Shown here: piece after piece, positions 46,849-54,266 of the stretch | Layout of the letters: every line of letters begins with the position of its first letter | How positions within the stretch are numbered: position 1 is the stretch's first letter | Source: a bacterium | GTDB taxonomy: Bacteria; Verrucomicrobiota; Verrucomicrobiia; Verrucomicrobiales; Akkermansiaceae | NCBI GenBank assembly: GCA_018222765.1 | Contig: JAAEZT010000014.1 | Location: 37,007 to 101,006, forward strand | DNA: 64,000 bases | Direction of reading: 5' to 3' | Translations under genes and position numbers: made by a program | The notes under the pieces: model-generated | What the model saw: the letters and a program-made list of their open reading frames with translations, nothing else | Told to the model about the DNA's origin: nothing | Database searches by the model: none

Positions 46849-46989
46849 TTATTTATCTCCACCGCCGCAGCTTCCGCAGCAGGATTTCTTCTCAGTGGAG
46901 CATTCTCCGCAGCAGCTTCCGCCAGTGGAGGCACAAGAAGCGAGGGCGAAGGCCGCCCCAGCGGTCAGTAGGATGATGAATTTTTTCAT
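46849..46989 (-). CDS. Unlisted 46-codon Cys-rich mini-lipoprotein
   Basis: Hand translation gives MKKFIILLTAGAAFALASCASTGGSCCGECSTEKKSCCGSCGGGDK-stop. It has a canonical signal peptide plus lipobox (LASC). The mature 28-aa peptide has 7 Cys arranged CC-x2-C ... CC-x2-C. A strong terminator lies 27 nt downstream. It is below the 60-aa cut-off of the ORF track. Confidence 0.6.
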   Translation of the reverse strand: MKKFIILLTAGAAFALASCASTGGSCCGECSTEKKSCCGSCGGGDK

Positions 46990-47180
46990 AATAGCTGGAT
47001 TTTCGTTGTTGGAAGGAGTTTCCGAGGTAAGAATTACCGATTTTTGGGATTAATCAAGTCCTGACTTAAATTTGCACGTTTTGGGGGAAAGAGAGCATGC
47101 TAGCGAGGGGAGTGGAACTTTTCCCCGATGGGCGGGTGTTTCTCCTCATAAGTTCATCATTAGACGCCTCGGCGAGCTTC

Positions 47181-50100
47181 TTATCGTTGATACACCCGCA
47201 GGCGAACGAAGAACTTGGTTACATCCGTGGCCGCTTCCGGAGTTCGCAGGGTGAATGTGGAGGTGCCGTCGCCGTTGTGGGTTTCGTTTTCGTGCTCGAG
47301 GGTTTCTCCGGTGGGCGTCCAAGTGACCATGTCGGTGGACACTTCGACGACGACGAGGGCATCATCGGCGGCGAGGTTTTTGGGGAAGCTCACGGTGAAC
47401 CGTCCGTTGGAGTCGACACTTGAGGTGATGATTTGTCCGCCGAAGACGAGGTCGCTGGTGCCGTAGGCGTATTCGGCGAAGGCATTGAGTCCGTCGCCAT
47501 CGTTGTCGATAGTTCTGTCTCCGGGGCCGAAGGGGGCGGCATCGCTGCTGCCGGCGCTTCCGGTTGCAGCAACGCTGGCGCGCCAGTTGACAGCGTCATC
47601 ATGGTTGGGATTTGAGATTGGAGCGATAAGGACGAGGCTGGGGCCGTCGCCATCCGCAGTTTCAGGCCAGGGGTATTTGTCATTGTAGGTGAAGTTGCGA
47701 ATATCACCTCCGAAGCCCATCAGGATGATTTGCTCACCGCTGCCGGAGAGACCTGAGTCGTTAGCGAATTCTCCGGCGATGAGATTGGAGACTCCTAAGC
47801 CGTAGCGATATTCGAAGGCGGCCTGATCGCGGACCACGAGAACGCGCTCGCCGGGAGGGAGAACCGTGATGGCAGCGCCGACGAAAGAGAAATCGATCCC
47901 GTCGGTGAAGCTGACATTGGTCAGGTCGAGGATGTTGCCGGAGATGTTGAGGAGCTCTAGGTATTCGAATTGGTTGTTGTTGGTAAAGCCGGCGTTGATT
48001 TCGTCCTGTGTGGGTTCGGCCGGCTGATACATGATCTCGGAGATGACGAGATTGTTTGGGCCGGCAAGGTCGGCACCGATGACGAAGGTAGCAGAAGTGG
48101 GGGCACCCCATTGAGCACCATCGTAGGCCCGAGCGGTGACGGTAGTGGTTTCGTTCAGCGTGACGCTGCTTCCGTTGAACGAGCTCGCGGAGGGGCTCCC
48201 ACCCGGAGCGCGGGGGTCACTGCCATCGGCAGTGTAGTAAACACCACCCAGGGGCGCGGTCATATTGAGTTGAAAGCCATTCGCGACGATGCCTCCGTTC
48301 TGGCTGAAGGTCGGCGGGCCGAAGAATTGGTCATCGATCCATTCAGAGCGGGCTTTGAGCCATCCTTTGAGGTGCGAAATTTGCCGGTTCCAGCCGGTTC
48401 CTTCGGTGGCAAAGTTGGTTCCCGAGATGGAATTGATATTGAGAGAGCTCCATTTGTTAAAGTTGCGGACCTGAGCTTCGGAGAGTTCGGCGGCCATCTC
48501 GTCGACGATAGCCTCGAGGTTGGATTGCGAGAATTTGTCACTTCTCAGAGCGTACCACCGGTCGATGACTTTTTGGAAGACATCGGGCCTGGAAGTCTTG
48601 AGCTGGGGATTGGACATATTGCGAGTATCATCATCTGAGGGTTCAAATCCGAATAGCAGTCCGAACCACTCGAATTGGAGGTCAAACCAAGTAGAGCTGG
48701 TGTCATTGGTGTTGGCTTCCCAGCGACGAGGATTGTCATCGCGGCCATCACGGGAGCCCATGGTGCGGTCGTAGTCCCAAATGGGACCAGCGACGATCTT
48801 GCCGTCGCGATCTTTGTAGAAGAACTGGCTGAGGCGTCCCCAATCGGGATCCATGGCAAGGATGTTGAGCCAGAAATGATCGATGAAGGCATCGACATCG
48901 AGGTATTCCGAGAAGTGCAATCCGGTAGTAGGGTGAATGCCATTGGCCTGCCGCAGGGCGACAGTGACTTCGTTGGCGTGGGTTGTGATGTAGGATTTTT
49001 GAGTGGAGGTAATTTCAATGCCGTCGGGATCGCCGTGGACCAGGGCGCGTTGGAACCCACTGACATTGAAGGTTGGTTCACCAGGATCGGGGCGGTCGTT
49101 TTTGAAGACGTAGCCGCCGGTCACTTCTTCGGGTGAGTTTTCCCAGGGATCGAGTTTGCTGATATCGAGACGATTGTTATCGGGTTCGATTTTCTCCATG
49201 AGGGTGTAGACGCCGAAGTAGTCGGCGGAAGTGACATTCCCGCCGTTGACGTCGTTGTAGAGTTCGACGAAGCGGGTTTTCACGGCCCATTGCCCGATCT
49301 GGTTACTGAGTTCATAGAGGAAAGGATTGCGGATGAGGGAGTAGTCGAAAGTGTAGCGTGCGTTAAGAATCCAATCGGCCTCAGCGGACAGGCCAAGGGG
49401 TTTGATATTCTGATCCTCGTTGAATTCATCCCATGATTCGAGCGACATGGCATACTTGGGGAAGCCGGCTGAGCTGGAGCCACGCTTACGAATACCGCTG
49501 CGAGTGGAGATGGAAGGCGTTGCAGAAAACGAGGCCCGTCCGGTTTCGGGGTCGGGTTCGTAGATGAGCATGAAGCTTTCTTTTCGAGTGGTCGCGCCGG
49601 AGGCCGGTGGAGATCCTCCCCCGTAAGTCGAGAGAAGAACGATGGGGAGGTTTGAGCTAAAGTCTGCTTCGGAAGGATCCAGAAGGAAGTATCCTTCCGT
49701 GCGTCCTTCTCCGGGAAGAGATCCAGGGAGATAGGCGCGCGCGCGCACGAGGGTAGTGCTGTCTATGGTGATAGGGTCGCTGTAGACCGAAGAGGGGTCG
49801 TCGGTTGAGTTGGAAGGGAGGCTGCCATCGAGAGTGTAGTAAATGACGGCTCCGGATTCGGGGACGCTGAGGCTCAGATCGAATTCTTCGGTGAAGGCAC
49901 GGCTGGTGATGTCGAAGTCTACTTTGCTCGGAGGGGCGAGACTGGGAATGCCGTTGTTGTTGTTGGGAGTGGGTGTCGAGAGGTAGGCGGGCCCGGGGAG
50001 GGGAGTGGTGCTTTGCACTTCTCCAATCAATTCAGGAATGAGTAGGAAGTCGGAGCTGCCCGGTGAGTCATTGAGTCCGTGGAGAGCGAGGATGTTTTCA

Positions 50101-51002
50101 CCCGCCTGAAGACGGCCTGCGAAATTGAGGGTGAAGGATTCGAACTGATCACCGGCTCTGATTTCTTCACGCTGGGTAGACTTGGAATTGTAAACGAGTG
50201 GATTGGCTTTGTTTTTCGAGGCAACTTCGAATCCATTCAAGTAGGCGACAAAACCGTCATCTACCTTCATTTTAAGCACAAGCCCGTTGATCCCGGCGGG
50301 GTCATCGATTTGGAAAGGAAGGCGAAGATACACCGAGGCGTTTTTGCCTCTCATCGGCGTGGTCAAATCTCCATCCTCGGGAATGATGTCGTCGAACAAG
50401 GAATTATATCCCCAACCAACGGCGGAATGTCCGGCAGTCCAGAGGTCGTCATTGAAAGCGGGCGTTTTCCAAGTGCTGCCAATGTCTTCGGTGGGAACGA
50501 GATAAGTGAGAGGATCGCCGATGGCGTGGAGGGTGGTGTTGAAGACGGGGCCGCCGAGTCCGTTGCCGTAGGTTATGTCGGGATATTGCTCGGGATACTC
50601 CGGGCTGAAAAGGGTCACAGTGGAGGTGCCGTCGGGTTTGACCAAGGCGAGGAATTCCCCATCAATATCAAGGCTGAAGTTGGCGTGAAGAGGTTGTCCG
50701 GTCGCGGTGCGGTCTTTGCCGGTCGCGTAGACGAGGAGATATCCATTGGCAGGAATAGTGACGTTGGGGAAGGTCCACTTGGTGAGATTAGTGGGGTCAT
50801 CAGTGAGGTGGTAACCATTGATTGAGGCCGTCGGGCCGGGATTGTGAATTTCGATCCAGTCGGCGGGGAATCCGTCTTCATCGTTGAAAGAGGTGCCGGT
50901 GTTTTCGGCGAGGAATTCGTTGATCAGAAATTCGGCCCGGGAAAATTGAGCGAGAAAAAGCGTCAGCGCGAGAGCGGTAAATGAGGTCCTTGTTTGAATC
51001 AT
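47181..51002 (-). CDS. Giant secreted LTD - CotH kinase-family - LTD protein with the recurrent C-terminal module
   Basis: The ATG at 51002 gives signal peptide MIQTRTSFTALALTLFLAQFSRA. The N-terminal lamin-tail domain reads FLINEFLAENTG...ADWIEIHNPG...INGYHLTDD. CotH blocks are FGVYTLMEKIE and GPIWDYDRTMGS. A second LTD reads LVISEIMYQP...FEYLELLNISG. Next comes DNDGDGLNAFAEYAYG, then the tail ...KNLAADDALVVVEVSTDMVTWT...KFFVRLRVYQR. Confidence 0.8.
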   Translation of the reverse strand: MIQTRTSFTALALTLFLAQFSRAEFLINEFLAENTGTSFNDEDGFPADWIEIHNPGPTASINGYHLTDDPTNLTKWTFPNVTIPANGYLLVYATGKDRTATGQPLHANFSLDIDGEFLALVKPDGTSTVTLFSPEYPEQYPDITYGNGLGGPVFNTTLHAIGDPLTYLVPTEDIGSTWKTPAFNDDLWTAGHSAVGWGYNSLFDDIIPEDGDLTTPMRGKNASVYLRLPFQIDDPAGINGLVLKMKVDDGFVAYLNGFEVASKNKANPLVYNSKSTQREEIRAGDQFESFTLNFAGRLQAGENILALHGLNDSPGSSDFLLIPELIGEVQSTTPLPGPAYLSTPTPNNNNGIPSLAPPSKVDFDITSRAFTEEFDLSLSVPESGAVIYYTLDGSLPSNSTDDPSSVYSDPITIDSTTLVRARAYLPGSLPGEGRTEGYFLLDPSEADFSSNLPIVLLSTYGGGSPPASGATTRKESFMLIYEPDPETGRASFSATPSISTRSGIRKRGSSSAGFPKYAMSLESWDEFNEDQNIKPLGLSAEADWILNARYTFDYSLIRNPFLYELSNQIGQWAVKTRFVELYNDVNGGNVTSADYFGVYTLMEKIEPDNNRLDISKLDPWENSPEEVTGGYVFKNDRPDPGEPTFNVSGFQRALVHGDPDGIEITSTQKSYITTHANEVTVALRQANGIHPTTGLHFSEYLDVDAFIDHFWLNILAMDPDWGRLSQFFYKDRDGKIVAGPIWDYDRTMGSRDGRDDNPRRWEANTNDTSSTWFDLQFEWFGLLFGFEPSDDDTRNMSNPQLKTSRPDVFQKVIDRWYALRSDKFSQSNLEAIVDEMAAELSEAQVRNFNKWSSLNINSISGTNFATEGTGWNRQISHLKGWLKARSEWIDDQFFGPPTFSQNGGIVANGFQLNMTAPLGGVYYTADGSDPRAPGGSPSASSFNGSSVTLNETTTVTARAYDGAQWGAPTSATFVIGADLAGPNNLVISEIMYQPAEPTQDEINAGFTNNNQFEYLELLNISGNILDLTNVSFTDGIDFSFVGAAITVLPPGERVLVVRDQAAFEYRYGLGVSNLIAGEFANDSGLSGSGEQIILMGFGGDIRNFTYNDKYPWPETADGDGPSLVLIAPISNPNHDDAVNWRASVAATGSAGSSDAAPFGPGDRTIDNDGDGLNAFAEYAYGTSDLVFGGQIITSSVDSNGRFTVSFPKNLAADDALVVVEVSTDMVTWTPTGETLEHENETHNGDGTSTFTLRTPEAATDVTKFFVRLRVYQR

Positions 51003-51113
51003 CGTGTGTTGTGCATCTTCTTTAACTATCGACAATGTTACAGACTTTTCTAGCGGGAATCTCGAAAAGGGCGCCCTTCTTTACTTAGGAACATTGGGAG
51101 GATAGATTGTGTC

Positions 51114-51464
51114 ATGAAAGTTGCCATTCTTGGAGCGAGTTCGAAGCCGGAGCGGTTTTCGCATCAGGCGCAGTTATTGTTGTCCGAGCATGGTCATAAG
51201 GTCTTTCCTGTGAGTCCGACAGGCCGCGAGATTCTGGGGGTTACCGGAATGACAAAGGTGCCGTCGGAGATGGATACGGTGACGCTTTATCTTGGTCCTG
51301 ATCGCTTGTTGCCGGTATTGGATGCTCTGATCGAAGCCGCGCCACGACGGGTGATTTTTAATCCGGGGACGGAGAGTTCGGAGGGCAAGGAAAGATTGGA
51401 GGCAGCCGGAATTGAAACGGAGGAAGCTTGTACTCTGGTGATGCTCCGGACGGGCTCCTTTTAA
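51114..51464 (+). CDS. CoA-binding domain protein (YccU-like)
   Basis: 116 aa. MKVAILGASSKPERFSHQAQLLLSEHGHKVFPVSP matches the CoA-binding (Rossmann-like) small-protein pattern. Confidence 0.7.
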   Translation: MKVAILGASSKPERFSHQAQLLLSEHGHKVFPVSPTGREILGVTGMTKVPSEMDTVTLYLGPDRLLPVLDALIEAAPRRVIFNPGTESSEGKERLEAAGIETEEACTLVMLRTGSF

Positions 51465-51988
51465 GTAATGGGATCAGGACAGGTGTCACGGCGTTGGCAG
51501 TTTTGGCAGAATTCGCCGAGGTAGAGTTGGTCGATCCATTCCATCATTGGCCCGAGGTGTTTTTTCTCGTCGGTGACGAAGCCGGCTTCGAAATTTCGGC
51601 GGAGCGGACTCTTAGCTCCCACGCCGGCTCCGGTGAGATTTGCCGAGCCGATGAAGCCCTCTTTCCCATCGACGATGATCGTTTTGGTGTGAATGCGAGG
51701 GCAGAGGATGCGCTCGAAGAGATCGCTTTCGATGAGCGAAGGATAGCGATCGAAGTCCTCGCGGAAGCGCGGTCCCGGCTCCTTGGCATGGAAGAGGCGA
51801 ACGGCGACTCCTTCGTTGACGAGGTCTGAGAGAATCTCCAGAAGCGGGACAAAGCGGCGGCCTTTCTTGACGTGGAGATCCTTGAGGTCGGCGGTGACGA
51901 TCCAGAGGTATCGCTTCGCCCGGGGGAGCATTTCCACGATCACCCGTTGGTGGATGTCTTCGTTGAGAACCAAATCAATCACGGGCAC
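51461..51988 (-). CDS. Single-HKD phospholipase D / Nuc-like family protein
   Basis: 175 aa. The complete HKD motif is HTKTIIVDGKEGFIGSANLT (HxKx4Dx6GSxN). A Cys cluster CQNCQRRDTC lies at the C-terminus. The 3' end overlaps the convergent CoA-binding gene by 4 nt. Confidence 0.75.
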   Translation of the reverse strand: MPVIDLVLNEDIHQRVIVEMLPRAKRYLWIVTADLKDLHVKKGRRFVPLLEILSDLVNEGVAVRLFHAKEPGPRFREDFDRYPSLIESDLFERILCPRIHTKTIIVDGKEGFIGSANLTGAGVGAKSPLRRNFEAGFVTDEKKHLGPMMEWIDQLYLGEFCQNCQRRDTCPDPIT

Positions 51989-52273
51989 CAGTGTATCGAA
52001 TAAAATTAAAAACCGCCACCCTGTGACTGGAAGATTGAGGATGCCGGTTCATGGGTGAACTCAGCGCTCAAAATCGACAGGAACAGACTGTTCGGATTTC
52101 CTTTGAGAAAAATGTCGTTCTCCGTTGTCTGTTCCAGGCTGTTCTGGTTCTTCAGGTTTTGGTGTTTAATTGTGGAAGTCGCAGATCTTGAGATATTCCC
52201 AATTATTTTTCATATCCCGACTTGCACTTATCTGCGAATAATCCGCCCCATCCAAGCTCTCTGTCCCCAGTCC

Positions 52274-53608
52274 ATGATCATCACTCAATTATTAGAAAAT
52301 TTCCCGCCCGAGGGGGAGGAGGATCTCATTCCTAAAATCCATCAACAACTGGAGGATTCTGGGAAGACGCTGGTCATTCTCGATGACGATCCGACGGGAG
52401 CCCGGACGGTTTTTGATGTCCCTGTTCTGACGTCGCTTGATCCGGTTGATGTTGAAGCGGCTCTCGATGAAGAGCCACCGGTGCTTTTTATTCTTACGAA
52501 TTCGCGGGCGCTGACACCGGAGCAGACGACGGTGTTGCATCGCAAGCTGGGAGCGGTCCTCAAGAAATTTGCGGATGATCTCATCGTTGTTTCACGGTCC
52601 GATTCAACTCTTCGCGGGCACTTCCCGCTCGAAACCAACATTCTTCGAGAGACGCTTGCTCTTCCGAATGCGCCCACTCTGTTCATTCCATTCTGCGAGC
52701 TCGAAGGTCGATTGACCGTGAACGACATTCATTATGTGGTTGAGGGTGATACCGCCACGCCAGCGCACCTCACGCCTTTCGCTAGGGACAAGGCTTTCCC
52801 ATTCTCACATTCGTATTTGCCGGATTACATCGCTGAAAAGGCCGGAGGCCCGGTGGAGGTGCAGAGCATTTCGTTGGAGCAACTCCGGTCCGGAGATATC
52901 ACGGCCGAGCTTGCGGCCCTTTCCGATGGTTGCACCTGTATTATCAATGCCGCATCGCGCAAGGACCTCGATGTTCTCTCGCATGCCCTCTACCAAAGCG
53001 AGCGTCAGTTCATCTTCCGCTCGGCGGCCTCTTTCGTGCAGTCCTTCGCAGGGATTACTTCACGCCCCCCTCTCCAGTCCTGGCAGATGCAGGATCTTGA
53101 TCCCAACCCCAACGGCGGCTTGATCGTGGTCGGTTCCCATGATTCCAAGACCTCGGACCAGCTCGCTGATCTTCTGGAAAATGCTCCTGATGCCGTGGTG
53201 ATGGAGTTGGATGTTCCCGCCCTGGTATCCGGAGAGACTCCGGAACTGCCATTGAACGAAACAATCGCCTCGGGGAAGACCGTCATTCTTCACACCTCCT
53301 GGGAACGCATTGAAGTCGATGACAATCTCGCGCTTTCAACGAGTGTTTCTAATGCCTTGGTTGCTCTCGTGAAGTCGGTGGAGGCCCGTCCATCTTTCAT
53401 CATTGCCAACGGAGCAATGACTGCATCCGAAATCGCGACCCAAGCACTCGGCATTAAGAACGCCCGCGTTCTGGGTCAAATACTGCCGGGTATCCCGGTC
53501 TGGACAATGGGAAATGAGACCCGTCATCCCGGACTCATTTATGTCATTTTCCCTGGCGATGTCGGAAGCGACGATGAGCTCACCCAAGCTTATTTGAAGC
53601 TGAAGTAG
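52274..53608 (+). CDS. Four-carbon acid sugar kinase family protein (DUF1537, OtnK/DtnK-like)
   Basis: The ATG at 52274 (MIITQLLENF...) is preferred over the listed start at 52055, whose extension is hydrophobic nonsense in an A+T-rich spacer. It has the hallmark N-terminal LVILDDDPTGARTV block and a C-terminal nucleotide-binding half. Confidence 0.7.
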   Translation: MIITQLLENFPPEGEEDLIPKIHQQLEDSGKTLVILDDDPTGARTVFDVPVLTSLDPVDVEAALDEEPPVLFILTNSRALTPEQTTVLHRKLGAVLKKFADDLIVVSRSDSTLRGHFPLETNILRETLALPNAPTLFIPFCELEGRLTVNDIHYVVEGDTATPAHLTPFARDKAFPFSHSYLPDYIAEKAGGPVEVQSISLEQLRSGDITAELAALSDGCTCIINAASRKDLDVLSHALYQSERQFIFRSAASFVQSFAGITSRPPLQSWQMQDLDPNPNGGLIVVGSHDSKTSDQLADLLENAPDAVVMELDVPALVSGETPELPLNETIASGKTVILHTSWERIEVDDNLALSTSVSNALVALVKSVEARPSFIIANGAMTASEIATQALGIKNARVLGQILPGIPVWTMGNETRHPGLIYVIFPGDVGSDDELTQAYLKLK

Positions 53609-53702
53609 ATCACCATGCGAAACATGGAAACATCCGAAGAATTCATTTTCGGCGCGCCGGGTTTTAGCGACTTCCTTCTCATAAAGCGTTTTGGCGAGAG
53701 AG

Positions 53703-53738
53703 AAAAAACCCCCGGGATTTGAGCCTGGGGGTCTTGTT
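53703..53738. terminator. Rho-independent terminator between convergent genes, strongest for the minus-strand thioredoxin-like gene
   Basis: AAAAAA-CCCCCGG-(loop)-CC(T)GGGGG-TCTTGTT. On the minus strand the stem is followed by UUUUUU. Confidence 0.7.
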
Positions 53739-53759
53739 CGGTTGAGAATTGACGAAAGG

Positions 53760-54155
53760 TTACCTCTTCGCGAGAAGCTTGGTCACGACAGCTTCTACTT
53801 CCTTCTTGCCATAGCGATGGCCGTCGATGGTCTGGACGAGTTTGCCATCTTTGTCGTTGGCGATGATGCCGTGGCCTTTGAGTTTGGCTTTTTTAATTTC
53901 CTCGGCGCTCTTGCCGGATCCGACGAGAACGTTCTGGAATTTGATCTTATTTCCCTTTGTCTTTTTGAGATCATTCACGATGACCTTGATTTTCGCACAC
54001 ATCGGTCATCCATCGTAGTAGTAGAATGAGAGAGTCGGCGTTTTTGCAGCGGTAGCTTTCTCGGCGTTTGGTTTAGAGGGCTCCTGGGCGGAGACCGGAT
54101 TGATTAAGAGGACCGGCGCCAGTGCAACTGCCAGCCATAGCATGGATTTTTTCAT
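53760..54155 (-). CDS. Secreted thioredoxin-fold protein with in-frame UGA (54006..54008) in a U-x-x-C redox motif; candidate selenoprotein
   Basis: The listed ORF 53760..54002 begins at the Met inside the motif. Reading the same frame upstream gives MKKSMLWLAVALAPVLLINPVSAQEPSKPNAEKATAAKTPTLSFYYYDG-[UGA]-PMCAKIKVIVNDLKK...IKFQNVLVG...GHGIIANDKDGKLVQTIDG... This is a signal peptide, then beta1, then the [U]PMC position of a thioredoxin fold. The upstream part is below the 60-aa ORF cut-off. Confidence 0.6.
53968..53986 (-). promoter_or_regulatory. Candidate bacterial SECIS hairpin downstream of the thioredoxin-like UGA
   Basis: The mRNA reads AGGUCAU-CGUGA-AUGAUCU, a 7-bp stem including one G-U pair. 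The apical loop contains GU and begins about 27 nt after the UGA. Folded by hand only. Confidence 0.3.
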
Positions 54156-54266
54156 CGCCCGACGATATCGAATTTGAGGGAGAGCACAATGAAAGACTCT
54201 GCGCGACTCTTACTTCGAGAAATCGCCGGGTTGCATTATCCCGGCGATTCCGAAGGTGAGTTGGGT

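Noticed and set aside
46521-46934. 137-aa minus-strand ORF overlapping the mini-lipoprotein gene and the end of 46357..46824.
   Set aside because: It has a GTG start, an Ala/Pro/Ser-rich motif-free translation, and runs straight through the strong terminator hairpin. The shorter in-frame lipoprotein ORF explains the locus better.
46849-46989. Cys-rich small peptide considered as a RiPP precursor (lanthipeptide- or thiopeptide-like).
   Set aside because: It has a canonical lipoprotein signal peptide rather than a leader peptide. No modification enzymes, transporter or protease genes are adjacent; the neighbours are carB, a hypothetical gene and a CotH gene.
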